From: Nitrospinales bacterium
Lineage (GTDB): Bacteria > Nitrospinota > Nitrospinia > Nitrospinales > VA-1
Assembly: GCA_965223795.1 (NCBI GenBank)
Contig: CBDCXL010000001.1
Coordinates: forward strand, 544,001 to 608,000
DNA length: 64,000 nt
Direction: 5' to 3'
Position 1 is the stretch's first letter. The number at the start of each line of letters is the position of its first letter. Of this stretch, positions 49,248-60,254 are shown in pieces. Position numbers and translations under genes: made by a program. Under the pieces are notes generated by a model. It did no database searches and was not told the DNA's origin. It saw nothing but the letters and a program-made list of their open reading frames with translations.

Positions 49248-49330
49248 CGTTGCATCATCCCACCCGTTGAACTTCCCGCCTGCCTGATTGAAACCCGCGC
49301 ACTCCCGTCCACAAAGGACGGCGCCTGTTC

Positions 49331-49813
49331 TCAGTGGTTGTGACCGCCGCCCTGATCGTGTGAATGGCCGTGTTCTATTTCCTCCTGGGTGGCTTCTCTC
49401 ACTTTAAGGACTTCCACGGAAAAATGCAGGGATTCGCCGGCCAGTGGATGGTTGCCGTCGATCTTGACGTCTTCGCCCTCTTCTTCGACGATGGTGAAGA
49501 TGTGGTTGTTCTCTCCCAGGGTGGCTTCAAACTGAAGTCCGGGGACGATTTTCATGTCCTGAGGGAATTTGGTGCGGGGCAGTTTCAGGCGCAGACCGGG
49601 GTTCACTTCGCCGTACCCTTCGTTGGGAGCCAGGTCGATGTTCTTTTTATCCCCCTGCGTCATGCCTTCCAGCGCTTTCTCCAGACCGGGCACGATCTGG
49701 TTGTGTCCGTGCAGGTAGGACAGCGGCTTTTCCGCGTCGGCGCGGTCCAGCTCCTTGCCCTCGGAGTTTTTCAATTGATAGCTCAACGACACGACGGTGT
49801 TCTTTGCGATCAT
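49331..49813 (-). CDS. slyD: FKBP-type peptidyl-prolyl isomerase
   Basis: YLHGHNQIVPGLEKALEG, DGNHPLAG, His-rich tail. Confidence 0.93.
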   Translation of the reverse strand: MIAKNTVVSLSYQLKNSEGKELDRADAEKPLSYLHGHNQIVPGLEKALEGMTQGDKKNIDLAPNEGYGEVNPGLRLKLPRTKFPQDMKIVPGLQFEATLGENNHIFTIVEEEGEDVKIDGNHPLAGESLHFSVEVLKVREATQEEIEHGHSHDQGGGHNH

Positions 49814-50243
49814 AGCACGCCCCTTTCATCGATTGGATTTCCGGACTCCGACGCCGTTCGGTCCGGAGGGGTGATGCCCGTTTCCAGGCAGGGTAAATTG
49901 CAATCTCGGACGGACAGAAATTAAGGGCTGGGGAAAGGCAGGTGCGGGAGTATTCTCTCCAACCGGCTTGATTTCAGGTTCAAGCGATGTATCCGGTGTC
50001 TGAGATCAGAATTCAATGACATTTTAAGCAATTGTGACAGGTTCCCCCGATCCCGTCAAGCCGGGCCCGGGATGCGAACGGTTCCCTGTATCAGTTCGAG
50101 ACCTTTGCAAAACAAGACGATCGGGGAAACCGCGTGTCTTTTTTCCGCTCTGAGCCCCGCAACAGGTCTGCAAGCCGATTTACACGCAAAGCGGCAGGGC
50201 AAAGCAGGCAGGAAGCAATGGCGTCTTAGCAAAGCACGGCCGT

Positions 50244-51218
50244 TCATTGCGTCCTGGGTTTCCAGTCTTTGAGGCGCTCCTCCGATTCGGCGAGCTGTTT
50301 TTTCGTCATCTGCTTTTCTACGAATTTGCGGAATTTGACGGCGAGCTCGCGTTCTTCCCCTTCCTCGAATTTCCGCGCCGCCAGGCTGTACCAGACGTGC
50401 GCCTCGATGAAATTTTTGTCCACGCCCAGCCCTTCCAGGTAATGCAACCCCAGATTGAACTGCGCCGGAGCCACGTTCTGCTCCGCGGCCTTGCGGTACC
50501 ATTTCGCCGCTTCCTTCATATCTTCGGGAATGCCTTTGCCCTTTTCGTACATGACGCCGAGTTTGTGCTGCGCGGCCGCGTGGTTCTGCTCGGCGGCTTT
50601 CTGGTACCATTGATACGCTTTCTGGTGATCCTGTTTCACGCCGGAACCTTTGTCGTACATGACGCCCAGGTTGTGCTGGGCCGCGGCCATATTCTGCTCG
50701 GCGGCCTTCCGATACCACTCGACGGCTTTCTCGTTGTCCTCGGGAAGCCCCAGCCCCTTGTCGTACATGACGCCCAAGTTGTGCTGGGAGGGCGCGATGC
50801 CCTGGGCGGCGGCCTTCTGATACCACTGGACCGCCTTGCGGTAATCCTGACGGACGCCGAAGCCCTTGTCGTAAAACACGGCGAGGTTGTGCTGCGCGGC
50901 GGCCAGTCCCTGGGTTGCGGCCTTGTGGTACCACTGCGCGGCTTTTTTCAAGTCCTGGGACACGCCCTGCCCTTTTTCATACAGGATGGCCAGATCGTAC
51001 TGCGCGACCGGAAACCCCTGTTTGGCCAGCGCCTTGAAGATTTCGGCCGCGGTTTTGTGGTCTCCCTTGCCGTAGGCCGTGAGCCCTTTTTCGTATTCCT
51101 CCCGGGTCGCCTCTTTGGAGTCGGCAAACGCGCAGACCCCGGCCGCTAAAATCACCATTGCCATGAACAGCGCGGCAAATCCGCGCCGGGCGAGCGCGCC
51201 ACGCACCTCAATCTTCAT
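50244..51218 (-). CDS. Secreted Sel1-like repeat protein (6 repeats)
   Basis: AQHNLGVMYDKG repeats; signal peptide. Confidence 0.92.
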   Translation of the reverse strand: MKIEVRGALARRGFAALFMAMVILAAGVCAFADSKEATREEYEKGLTAYGKGDHKTAAEIFKALAKQGFPVAQYDLAILYEKGQGVSQDLKKAAQWYHKAATQGLAAAQHNLAVFYDKGFGVRQDYRKAVQWYQKAAAQGIAPSQHNLGVMYDKGLGLPEDNEKAVEWYRKAAEQNMAAAQHNLGVMYDKGSGVKQDHQKAYQWYQKAAEQNHAAAQHKLGVMYEKGKGIPEDMKEAAKWYRKAAEQNVAPAQFNLGLHYLEGLGVDKNFIEAHVWYSLAARKFEEGEERELAVKFRKFVEKQMTKKQLAESEERLKDWKPRTQ

Positions 51219-51364
51219 CGTCGGTCCTCACCGTGTTGTTTTGTTTGCGCGGGAGCCCAAAGACCCCGCCTGTGCCGGATGCGGTCAATCTATCCCGTCT
51301 CAAGGCAATTTTCAAAGAAAAACTCACGCTACACGGGGCAATCTCTCCCTATCGTGTGCCCGGC

Positions 51365-52993
51365 TCACTGCATTCCGGTGATTTTTCCTTCCTGCAGGTC
51401 GAATTGTTCCGCCCTGGGAACTTTCGGCAGGCCGGGCATACGCAATATGTCGCCGGTGAGCGGGATCAGAAAACCCGCTCCCGCGGCGATGAGGATTTCC
51501 CGCACGGTGACGGTGAAGTTTTCCGGCCGGCCCTGGATTTTGGGATCGTCGGTGAGCGACGCGGGAGTTTTGGCGATGCAGACCGGCAGGTTTGCGTAGC
51601 CCAGTTTGCGGATGGAGGCCAGGTCGCGTTCGGCTTTTTTGCTGTACTTGACCTTCTCGGCGCCGTACATGCCGTTGGCCACCTTGAAGATCTTCGTTTT
51701 CACGTCCTCCTCCCAGTCGTACAGCGGGCAGAAGGGACTGGATTTTTTCTCGGCATGACTGAGAACCTGGCGGGCCAGCTCGAGCCCGCCCTGCCCGCCT
51801 TCCGCGAACACCCGGCTCACCGCGAAAGGAACCTTCAGGCTGTTTTCGCAATGCTCCTTCACAACGGCGGCTTCTTCTTCCGTGTCGCCGGCGAAGTGAT
51901 TGAGGCAGACGACGGGCGGTTCGCAGAATTTCTGGATGTTCGACACGTGCTGATCCAGATTGGCGAGCCCGCGCCGCACCGCCTGCGGATCGGATTTTTC
52001 GAGGTCGTCCTTATCCACGCCGCCGTGCAGCTTGAGCGCCCGGCAGGTGGCGACCAATACCACCGCCGCCGTGTCCAGCCCCGCTCCGCGGCATTTGATG
52101 TCGTAGAATTTTTCCGCGCCCAGGTCGAACCCGAACCCGGCTTCCGTCACCGCCCAGTCCGCCAGGGCGAGGGCGGCGCGCGTCGCCAGGACGGAGTTGC
52201 AGCCGTGCGCGATGTTGGCGAACGGGCCGCCGTGTATCAGCGCGGGAACGCCTTCGTTGGTCTGCACCAGGTTGGGCAGCAGCGCGTCTTTGAGCAGCAC
52301 GGACATGGCTCCGACGGCGTTCACCTGGCTGGCGGTGACTGGGTCGCCGTCGACGGTGAAGGCGACGAGGATTTTTTCCAGCCGCCGCTTGAGGTCCTCG
52401 TGCCCTTCGGCGAGGCAGAGGACGGCCATGATTTCCGAAGCGGCGGTGATGTCGAACCCGGTTTCCCGCGGAACGCCCTGCAGGACGCCGCCCAGTCCGC
52501 TGACGATGTTGCGCAGCGAGCGGTCGTTCATGTCCAGCACCCGCCTCCAGGTGATGCGGCGCGGATCGATGTTGGATAGGCCCTTGTGGTAGATGTGGTT
52601 GTCCAGCATGGCGGCGAGAAAATTGTGCGCCGCGGTGACGGCGTGGAAGTCGCCGTTGAAGTGCAGGTTGATGTCCTCGATCGGCAGGACTTCGCTCGCG
52701 CCGCCTCCGGTGGCGCCGCCTTTCATGCCGAGACAGGGCCCCAGTGAGGGCTCGCGCAGAGTCAGGCAGACGCTTTCCCCAAGCTTGACCAGAGCCTGGC
52801 TGAGGCCGATCGACGTGGTGGTTTTTCCTTCCCCGGCGGCGGTGGGCGTGATGGCGGAGACCAGGATCAGCTTTCCCCTGGGCGGAAAGCGTTTGAGCAC
52901 ATCAAGACGGATTTTGGCTTTGTGCGGACCATACAGGATGAGGTCCGTTTCGGTGAGCCCCAGTTTACCGGCTATCTCGATGATCGGCCGCAT
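51365..52993 (-). CDS. fhs: Formate--tetrahydrofolate ligase
   Basis: TPTAAGEGKTT, KGGATGGG, HGGPFANIAHG, TEAGFGFDLG, MPGLPK. Confidence 0.97.
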   Translation of the reverse strand: MRPIIEIAGKLGLTETDLILYGPHKAKIRLDVLKRFPPRGKLILVSAITPTAAGEGKTTTSIGLSQALVKLGESVCLTLREPSLGPCLGMKGGATGGGASEVLPIEDINLHFNGDFHAVTAAHNFLAAMLDNHIYHKGLSNIDPRRITWRRVLDMNDRSLRNIVSGLGGVLQGVPRETGFDITAASEIMAVLCLAEGHEDLKRRLEKILVAFTVDGDPVTASQVNAVGAMSVLLKDALLPNLVQTNEGVPALIHGGPFANIAHGCNSVLATRAALALADWAVTEAGFGFDLGAEKFYDIKCRGAGLDTAAVVLVATCRALKLHGGVDKDDLEKSDPQAVRRGLANLDQHVSNIQKFCEPPVVCLNHFAGDTEEEAAVVKEHCENSLKVPFAVSRVFAEGGQGGLELARQVLSHAEKKSSPFCPLYDWEEDVKTKIFKVANGMYGAEKVKYSKKAERDLASIRKLGYANLPVCIAKTPASLTDDPKIQGRPENFTVTVREILIAAGAGFLIPLTGDILRMPGLPKVPRAEQFDLQEGKITGMQ

Positions 52994-53071
52994 GCTTGCT
53001 GCGATGAATTTATGGAATCGGAGAAAACGAGGGAAAGTGTATCACAGTTTCAACGGCAAGGGCGGAGCCGT

Positions 53072-53842
53072 TCACTTGACGTTGTGGAGAAACCGGTTCT
53101 TGAGATACTCCACCAGGGTGGGGTAGTACCAGAGGCGGGAGGGCTGGCCGCTGGGGCGGATGATCCTCGGGGTTCCGGAAACGTCGCGCAGGGCGGATTT
53201 CATCAGCGGGATCGCCTTGGCCACCTGGTGATAGGGATAGGTGTTGAAGTTGTCCTTCTCGCTGACGGTGATGGTCTCCTGGTACAGAACACCACCGCCG
53301 CCGTCGCCTTTCTCCATTCTCAGCACGGTGACGCCGCAGTTGGGAATGTCCTGCTGGGTGAGCGCCCAGTAGCCGCCGTGCACACCCTGATATTTTGGCG
53401 TGATCCCCACGTGGGTGTGCAGGAAGGGGGCGTCGATGCAATTGAGCACCTCTTCGCTCAAGGTGTCGGCTTCCTCCACCACCACCGCATCCGGAGAAAG
53501 AAATTTGAGAAGCTGAACAGTTTCTTCACTGTTGAGGGCCTGCACCCGTTGCAGAATCTGTTCCGGGAAGGGCGCGTTGTCCAGCGCGTACCGTTTTTTG
53601 ATCTGTTCTATATGCGGGCGGGATTGGCGGCTCAGGAATTTGTTGAACAGCATGAAAGAGATCTGGCCGGCGACTTTGCGCACGCCGAGCGTTTTCAGCC
53701 TGCGCGTGAGCAACTGCCCGCGGGTGGCCTTTTTCTCCTTGATGACTTTGACGATATCGAAATCGTCCTTCAGGCCGTGATACATGATTCGCGATGAATC
53801 ACGTCCCTCGACCAGCATCACGACTTTGATCCGGTTCGGCAT
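53072..53842 (-). CDS. Formyl transferase family protein
   Basis: HVGITPKYQGVHGGYWAL..CGVTV...DGGGVLYQ; canonical Asn/His residues appear altered. Confidence 0.75.
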   Translation of the reverse strand: MPNRIKVVMLVEGRDSSRIMYHGLKDDFDIVKVIKEKKATRGQLLTRRLKTLGVRKVAGQISFMLFNKFLSRQSRPHIEQIKKRYALDNAPFPEQILQRVQALNSEETVQLLKFLSPDAVVVEEADTLSEEVLNCIDAPFLHTHVGITPKYQGVHGGYWALTQQDIPNCGVTVLRMEKGDGGGGVLYQETITVSEKDNFNTYPYHQVAKAIPLMKSALRDVSGTPRIIRPSGQPSRLWYYPTLVEYLKNRFLHNVK

Positions 53843-54388
53843 CGTGCGCTCCTGTTGCGAACAGGCAGAAAACTTCCGCTAAATGGACATCACTATGGCT
53901 TTGGATGCAATCGGTTCGAACCCCTTTCCCGGTTGCAGAAAAAACACCCGTATTCTATTGGGTTTCAGTCATTCATGTTGCGTTGACCGGTTCTCTTGAC
54001 TGTCACCGGCACAGAAAAAAAAGGAATCTTTGACTTGAAGCCAAACTCGCCGTCTGACCAAGAATTCTCACATAGTTTTAACATTTATTGATTAAATTAA
54101 AGCTATCATGATTTTTCCATATTTCCACTTTTTTCTTTTTTTTATATGCCCGTTTTTTCCTTCCTTTTTGAGTGCAACCTGAAGCGGTTGCCTTGAAAAA
54201 TTTCACTCCAAATACAAATTTATTACCCGAAGTTTTATTTTTACAGTAAGCTCGATTTGCAATCCTTTGCTGTTCAATCCATCAATAAAAACAGACTTCT
54301 GAACGCGAGCAGACCGGTTTTTCCGTTCGACTGAATCCGGCGCTTTCCTACCGGGAACACCAACTGTAGCTGAAACGAGGAGCGTTCC

Positions 54389-54844
54389 ATGATCAAGGAA
54401 TTTAAAGAGTTTGCCATGCGGGGCAATGTGGTGGATATGGCGGTGGGAATCATCATCGGCGGCGCATTCGGGCTCATCGTCAAGGTGCTGGTGTCCGATG
54501 TGCTCATGCCTCCCATCGGGCTGCTTCTTGGCGGCGTGGATTTCACGGATTTTTTCCTCGTCCTGAAAGAAGGGTCCACAGCGAGCCCCTACGCTTCTCT
54601 GGAAGCCGCGAAAGCCGCAGGCGCCGTGACCGTCAATTACGGCGTGTTTTTCAACTCGGTGATCAGTTTTCTGATCGTGGCGTTTGCCGTTTTTCTGCTC
54701 ATCCGCGGCATCAACAGGATGAAGCGGGAAGAGGAAAAACCGGAAGAAGCGCCCACGACCAAAGACTGCGATTTCTGTTTCAGCTCCATTCCCGTCAAGG
54801 CGTCCCGGTGTCCTCACTGCACGTCGCAGCTTCAGGCGGGATGA
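54389..54844 (+). CDS. mscL: Large-conductance mechanosensitive channel with C-terminal Zn ribbon
   Basis: [25 protein letters not shown]...CPHC tail. Confidence 0.95.
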   Translation: MIKEFKEFAMRGNVVDMAVGIIIGGAFGLIVKVLVSDVLMPPIGLLLGGVDFTDFFLVLKEGSTASPYASLEAAKAAGAVTVNYGVFFNSVISFLIVAFAVFLLIRGINRMKREEEKPEEAPTTKDCDFCFSSIPVKASRCPHCTSQLQAG

Positions 54845-54884
54845 TTCCTTTCAACCGTTATTCTTCTACTCAAGGTGTGCGAAC

Positions 54885-55610
54885 ATGAAAAAAATCTCAG
54901 CTTTGGTTTTTTGTCTCTTTCTGATCCCCGCCGCCGGCCAGGCGGGCATTTTCGAAGATCTGATGGGCGGTCTGAAAAACACGCCGGTGATGGGCGGCGC
55001 CCCGGATCTGGAAACCACCATCTCCGGGCTGAAGCAGGCGCTGTCGGTGGGCACGGAAAATGCCGTGGCTTTTCTCTCCAGGAACAACGGCTATTTCAAG
55101 AACGAGGCGGTGAAGATCCTGATGCCGGAAAAAATCCAGAACGTGGCCGACACCATGAAGAAATTCGGATTTCAGCAGCAGGTGGAGAGCTTCGAAATGA
55201 GCATGAACCGGGCCGCGGAAAAAGCCGCGCCCAAGGCCAAGGAATATTTCCTGGAAGCGATCCAGGAGATGACGTTCGACGACGCCAAGGGCATCCTGAA
55301 CGGCGGCGACACGTCCGCGACGGAGTACCTCAAGTCGAAAACCTCCGGCAAGATCTACGAAGCCTTCAAACCGATGGTGGAAAACAGTCTCGATCAGGTG
55401 GGCGGCACCGCCGCGTACAACAACATGATGCAAACCTTCACCTCGCTGCCGTTCATGTCCGCCCAGTCTCTGGACCTGAACCATTACGTCACCAACGAAG
55501 CGATGAACGGGCTGTTCCTCATGGTGGGGAAAGAGGAGAAAAAAATCCGCACCAACCCGGCAGCGCGGGTGACGGATCTTCTTAAAAAGGTGTTCGGCAA
55601 TCAGGGATGA
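54885..55610 (+). CDS. DUF4197 family protein
   Basis: [43 protein letters not shown]. Confidence 0.88.
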   Translation: MKKISALVFCLFLIPAAGQAGIFEDLMGGLKNTPVMGGAPDLETTISGLKQALSVGTENAVAFLSRNNGYFKNEAVKILMPEKIQNVADTMKKFGFQQQVESFEMSMNRAAEKAAPKAKEYFLEAIQEMTFDDAKGILNGGDTSATEYLKSKTSGKIYEAFKPMVENSLDQVGGTAAYNNMMQTFTSLPFMSAQSLDLNHYVTNEAMNGLFLMVGKEEKKIRTNPAARVTDLLKKVFGNQG

Positions 55611-55748
55611 GCCTGCGGCGTCGCCGCATCCGGCGCGGAATTTCTTCCAACTTGGGCTTGATTCCGCCTTCGCGATCGTTGTACGGTAAAAAATCCACCG
55701 AATTGTCAAGCACCTCGATTCCACTGTGCAGAAAAGGAGATCTTTGCC

Positions 55749-56300
55749 ATGAATCTACTGGAAATGCTTCTCAACAACCAGGGCGGGGAATCCGTCAAAC
55801 AAATGGGAAAAGCCGTCGGACTGGGCGAGACGGACACCAAGAACATTCTCGAACGCGTGCTGCCTGCTGTCACGAGAGGGCTGAAAAACAACGCCTCCAG
55901 CGAATCCGGGCTGGAAAGTCTGATGAGCGCGCTGAACAGGGGATCGCACCAGCGCTACCTGGAGCAGCCCGAGACGCTGCGCAAGCCGGAAAGCATCCTC
56001 GAAGGCAACGCCATCCTGGGACACATTTTCGGCAGCAAGGATGTGAGCCGCAACGTGGCGAGCCATGCGGCCAAACAGACCGGCCAGGATACGGGGATCA
56101 TCAAAAAACTGCTGCCCATGGTGGCCGCCGCGGCGATGGGGGCCCTCAGCAAACAGACCAACGGCGGCACCGCTCCCAGCGCTTCGATGAGCGGCAGTCA
56201 AAATGATTCGCCGCTGGGGCTTCTGGGATCGTTCCTCGATGCGGACAACGACGGCGACGTGATGGACGACATCCTGGGAATGGCAAAGCGGTTCTTCTGA
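55749..56300 (+). CDS. DUF937 family protein
   Basis: GNAILGHIFGSKDVSR; LDADNDGDVMDD. Confidence 0.82.
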   Translation: MNLLEMLLNNQGGESVKQMGKAVGLGETDTKNILERVLPAVTRGLKNNASSESGLESLMSALNRGSHQRYLEQPETLRKPESILEGNAILGHIFGSKDVSRNVASHAAKQTGQDTGIIKKLLPMVAAAAMGALSKQTNGGTAPSASMSGSQNDSPLGLLGSFLDADNDGDVMDDILGMAKRFF

Positions 56301-56393
56301 CGCTTGCATCGATTCAATCCGACGGGAAAGTGGCGATAGGGACCCGTCTGCCCTTTTCCGCTTCATCCACGCATTGCTTCTGAGGAGTTCATC

Positions 56394-56597
56394 ATGTCCA
56401 TCGCACGCATTACGGAAATCAACGCCTCTTCTGGAAAAAGTTTTGACGATGCCATACGCACCGGGATTCAGAGGGCCAACAAGACCCTTCGCAACGTCAA
56501 AGGCGCCTGGATCAACGAGCAGAAAGTGGTGGTCAAGGATGGAGCGGTCACCGAATACCGGGTCATCATGAAAGTGAGTTTTGTGCTGGAAGATTGA
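56394..56597 (+). CDS. Dodecin family protein
   Basis: SGKSFDDAI..GI.RA.KTLRNVKGAW...EYRVIMKVSF. Confidence 0.9.
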   Translation: MSIARITEINASSGKSFDDAIRTGIQRANKTLRNVKGAWINEQKVVVKDGAVTEYRVIMKVSFVLED

Positions 56598-56636
56598 AAT
56601 CGTTCAACGGAGTGCCAATAAAGGGGAGAATTCTTC

Positions 56637-57065
56637 ATGGGATTGTTCGATTTTGTGAAGTCCATCGGCAACAAGATTTTCAACAAAGAGGATGAAGCGG
56701 CGGATAAAATCAAAGACCACATTGAGGAGGAGAATCCCGGCGTGAAGGACCTCAAGGTGGAATATGAAAACGGATCGGTGAAGCTGACCGGCAACAGCGA
56801 CTCGGCCGAGGCGGCGGAAAAAGCCATCCTGATGGCGGGCAATATCAAAGGGGTGGAAAGCATCGTCAACGAGATCAAGGCGCCGGAGCAAAAGGAAAAA
56901 GTCCTGTTTTACGTCATCGAAAAAGGAGACACGCTTTCCAAGCTGGCGAAAAAATATTACGGCGACGCTATGGATTATCCCAGGATCTTCAAGGCCAACA
57001 CGGAGGTGATCAAGGACCCGGACAAGATCTTTGTCGGTCAGAAAATCCGCATCCCCATGAATTGA
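56637..57065 (+). CDS. kbp: BON-LysM potassium-binding protein Kbp/YgaU
   Basis: MGLFDFVKSIG, AGNIKGV, GDTLSKLAKKYYG, IFKAN, PDKIFVGQKIRIP. Confidence 0.88.
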   Translation: MGLFDFVKSIGNKIFNKEDEAADKIKDHIEEENPGVKDLKVEYENGSVKLTGNSDSAEAAEKAILMAGNIKGVESIVNEIKAPEQKEKVLFYVIEKGDTLSKLAKKYYGDAMDYPRIFKANTEVIKDPDKIFVGQKIRIPMN

Positions 57066-57114
57066 ATCGTATTTTTGACGGGGCCTCCCGCAAGCGAGGC
57101 CCCTTCCCCGCCGC

Positions 57115-57660
57115 ATGCCCACTGTCTTCACACACGCCGTCGTCGCCGGAGCCGCCACGCAGGTCTTCTCCCCCAGGGAATTGCGGAACCGCATCCTCGC
57201 GTTTTCGGTCCTGGGTTCCATCCTCCCCGATATCGACGTGCTGTGGTTTTATTTCGGCGTCCGCTATGAGGACTTTCTCGGTCACCGGGGCTTTTTCCAC
57301 TCCTTCGCCTTCGCGCTGCTGCTCGCGGTCTTCTTCGTTGCCGCATTTTTCAGACAATTTTCCTTTCTTTCGCGGCCCTGGCGGTTGTGGGTGCTGTATT
57401 TTTTCTGCGTCACCGCGTCGCACGGCGTGCTCGACGGGCTGACCGACGGCGGGCTGGGGATCGCGTATTTCTCACCCGCCGACGACACCCGCTACTTTCT
57501 GCCCTGGCGGCCGATTCCGGTTTCGCCCATCGGGGTTTCCGGGTTTTTGACCCTTTATGGAGCGAAGGTGCTGTTGTGGGAATGTTTCATCGTCTGGATT
57601 CCGGCGCTGATTGCCATGTTCGCGGCCAGGCGTATCTTCAAGGTGAACGCGATCCGCTGA
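57115..57660 (+). CDS. YdjM/YbcI-like inner-membrane metal-dependent hydrolase
   Basis: TH, LPDID, GHRGFFHS, SHGVLD, RPIPVSPIG. Confidence 0.88.
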   Translation: MPTVFTHAVVAGAATQVFSPRELRNRILAFSVLGSILPDIDVLWFYFGVRYEDFLGHRGFFHSFAFALLLAVFFVAAFFRQFSFLSRPWRLWVLYFFCVTASHGVLDGLTDGGLGIAYFSPADDTRYFLPWRPIPVSPIGVSGFLTLYGAKVLLWECFIVWIPALIAMFAARRIFKVNAIR

Positions 57661-57782
57661 TAAGCCTCCGGTTTTCCCGATTCCCCCGCCAACCCACAAA
57701 CCTCAAGCCAAACTTTTGAATTTTCAACGGTTAGTTTAAAACCGCCCGAATTGGCCTGATATTCCATTATAATCAATGAGTT

Positions 57783-58756
57783 ATGAAACTTTTCGCACAC
57801 AAGGACGCGCCCAAGGCCTACGCCCGGGAACGGGTTTTCCGGTATTCCCCGGTAACCGGATTTGTGGCGGTGTTCGTCAGTTTTTTTCTGTTTTTCGGCT
57901 GCCTGATCCTGGCCCTGTCCGGCGGCTACAAGAACGGCGGCTTTCATCTCGATCCGGTGCTGCTGTACTGGTTCGCGTTCGTCGCCTTTGTGTTCTCGCT
58001 GATCTGTCTCTACTATTTTCGTGCCCGCACCCGGCCCACGAACTGGCTGGTGAAGGGCTATCCCGACCGCATGCTGGTGAAATTCCGTTCGTACACTTGA
58101 ACGACCACTACCCGGACACGGACCTGGCGATCGTCGAAATCCCCTACTCCGAGATCGCGTGGGCACGCAAAACGCGCGAGAAACTCACGACTCCAAGCTG
58201 CGGCACGGATGAGCGGCAGCGGGTGCAGTTTTATACGTTTCTGGACTTCAAGCTGAAGGGAGTGGATGCGGCGCCGCTTTCTGAAGCGCTGGAAACAGAG
58301 CGCAAGCGCTGGCCGTATCAGTCGGAAGTGGGAAAGTGGAAACGCGAACTGTTCGATGCAAGAAAACGCAAAGCGCCGGAACACGAGATCGCCCGCATCC
58401 GGCAGAGTCTGGAGCGGGCGAAAGAGAGGCAGCCGAAGCGCAAACGCGGCGACGGCGTCAAACACCATGACTACCCGGTGCGTGTCGTGGACACCGACAC
58501 CGTGCGCATTCAATGGAACGGCATCCGGCCGAAAATCAAACCGGCGCTGGATTTTTTCAGCACGCATTTCTCCGTCGAGCCGGAACTGTCCCTCGACACG
58601 GACGCCACCGAAGCGAACGGCAAGCCCGCCGACGACCGCATCCTGGATCTGGCGCTTCGGGGCGACACCATCACCGCCACCGCCCTGACAAAGAAAACCT
58701 ACGGTTATTCCCTGAAACGATCGAAAGAATTCGTGGACGAGTTGCTGCAGCGTTGA
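57783..58756 (+). pseudogene. Frameshifted membrane protein gene (2 TM + soluble domain)
   Basis: ORF 57783-58100 joins ORF ending 58756 if AC at 58095-58096 is removed, giving KFRSY-LNDHYP. Confidence 0.7.
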
Positions 58757-58773
58757 TCAAAGCGGATCCATAG

Positions 58774-58810
58774 AAAAGACCCGGCCCGCTAAAAGGGCCG
58801 GGTCTTTTTT
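58774..58810. terminator. Bidirectional intrinsic terminator
   Basis: AAAAGACCCGGCCC-GCTAAAA-GGGCCGGGTCTTTT between convergent genes. Confidence 0.8.
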
Positions 58811-58827
58811 GCCCCGCGTCCGGCGCA

Positions 58828-59262
58828 TCAGCAGGCACAGCCTGCCGCCGCCTGCGGATCGCAGGCCTTCTCCTCCGCATCTTCATGCACCACGAAGGTT
58901 TCCCAGGCGTTGCCGTCGGGATCGCGCACCCAGACCTTGTCCTGGCGCGCGTAGCAGCAGACGGTGTCTTCCTCGATCTTCGTGTCGAGTCCGAGCGCTT
59001 GCAGCCGCTCGGCCTGCGCCTTGACTTGTTCGCTGGAAGCCACCTGCACGCCGAAATGGCTCGCCCGGTTGCCGCTCACGCGGCCGGCCTGGGTCAGGGC
59101 CAGGTTGAGCGGCGGCGTGTCCACTTCGAACTTGGCGTAGCCGGATTTAAGCTTTGCAGGCGGCACGTCGAACAGCGCTGTGTAAAAGCGCACCGCTTCT
59201 TCGAACCGGCGCGTGTTGAGCCCCATGTGGATTCTGGTTTTTACCTCGATCGTCCTGTTCAT
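58828..59262 (-). CDS. ArsI/CadI-family VOC metalloenzyme
   Basis: RIHMGL, FYTALF, GYAKF..PPLNL, HFGVQV, TVCCYARQDKVWVRDPDGNAWE. Confidence 0.9.
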   Translation of the reverse strand: MNRTIEVKTRIHMGLNTRRFEEAVRFYTALFDVPPAKLKSGYAKFEVDTPPLNLALTQAGRVSGNRASHFGVQVASSEQVKAQAERLQALGLDTKIEEDTVCCYARQDKVWVRDPDGNAWETFVVHEDAEEKACDPQAAAGCAC

Positions 59263-59318
59263 GATTTCCTCCTGTCGTTTGAGTGTGAAGTGCATTGCCC
59301 TTGCAATGCTCAAACCAG

Positions 59319-59346
59319 TAGACGGAGGAGTTCTTAAAAAGACGCA
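59319..59346 (-). promoter_or_regulatory. Candidate ECF-sigma promoter of the arsI-like gene
   Basis: Minus strand TGCGTC-16 nt-CGTCTA. Confidence 0.45.
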
Positions 59347-59388
59347 AATGGGATTAAAAAATATCTGCAAAAAATAGATCGTTGCTTC

Positions 59389-59436
59389 TTGACCTGTACC
59401 CTTCACCCGCCTATAGTTATACATATGGCTAACTAT
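59389..59436 (+). promoter_or_regulatory. Sigma70 promoter with overlapping operator
   Basis: TTGACC-17-TATAGT; inverted repeat ATAGTTA-N10-TAACTAT 59413-59436 spanning the ATG. Confidence 0.65.
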
Positions 59437-59769
59437 TACTCAAATCTCGATACGGTTTTCCAAGCCTTGGGAGACCCCACAAGGCGTGCTGTGATTCAGC
59501 GGCTCGTGAAAGCTCCGGCGAGCGTGAAAAAACTGGCGGAACCCTTCGACATGGCGCTGCCCTCCTTCATGAAGCACCTCGCTGTCCTGGAAAACTGCGG
59601 CCTCATTTCTTCAACCAAAGTCGGGCGGGTTCGGACATGCCGCCTCATGCCAAAACGTTTGGCGGCGGCAGAGAATTGGCTGGGTGTTCAACGCAAGCTG
59701 TGGGAAGGCAGGACGGATCGGTTAGCGGAATATGTGGAAAACCAACTGGTGAAGGAGAAACCCAAATGA
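59425..59769 (+). CDS. ArsR/SmtB-family transcriptional regulator
   Basis: FQALGDPTRRA, MKHLAVLE.CGLI..KVGRVR. Confidence 0.9.
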   Translation: MANYYSNLDTVFQALGDPTRRAVIQRLVKAPASVKKLAEPFDMALPSFMKHLAVLENCGLISSTKVGRVRTCRLMPKRLAAAENWLGVQRKLWEGRTDRLAEYVENQLVKEKPK

Positions 59770-60230
59770 CCGAAACCGATAAAGATCTCACTGTTTCCCG
59801 CATTATCAAAGCGCCGCGCAAGGCCGTCTGGAAAGCGTGGGCCGAGCCGGAGCATTTTGTAAAATGGTGGGCGCCGTCGCCGATCGTCACGATTTCAAAG
59901 AAACACGAGTTTTATGCGGGAGGCGCATTCGATACGGTCATGCGGATGGAAGACGGTACCGAACACGGAGGCGAAGGCTGCTTTCTGGAGGTCGTTGAGC
60001 ACAAGCGTATTGTGTTCACCGATGCGCTTCAAGGCGGCTGGCGGCCGAACGAGGAATCGTTCTTTTCCGCGATCATTGCTTTGGAGGAACATCCGCAAGG
60101 CACGAAATACACGGCTACGGCGCTCCATAAAAATGACGCAGACCGGCAGAAACACGCTGACATGGGCTTTCTGGAAGGCTGGGGGACTTGCATCGATCAG
60201 CTTGGAAAAATCGCCGAGCAATTTGCATGA
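59766..60230 (+). CDS. SRPBCC (AHSA1-like) domain protein
   Basis: SRIIKAPR..VWKAW.EP..KWW, RIVFTD, H..MGF.EGWG.C.DQL; overlaps arsR by 4 bp. Confidence 0.88.
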   Translation: MTETDKDLTVSRIIKAPRKAVWKAWAEPEHFVKWWAPSPIVTISKKHEFYAGGAFDTVMRMEDGTEHGGEGCFLEVVEHKRIVFTDALQGGWRPNEESFFSAIIALEEHPQGTKYTATALHKNDADRQKHADMGFLEGWGTCIDQLGKIAEQFA

Positions 60231-60254
60231 ATCGTTCGCGTCAAAAAGGAAAAT

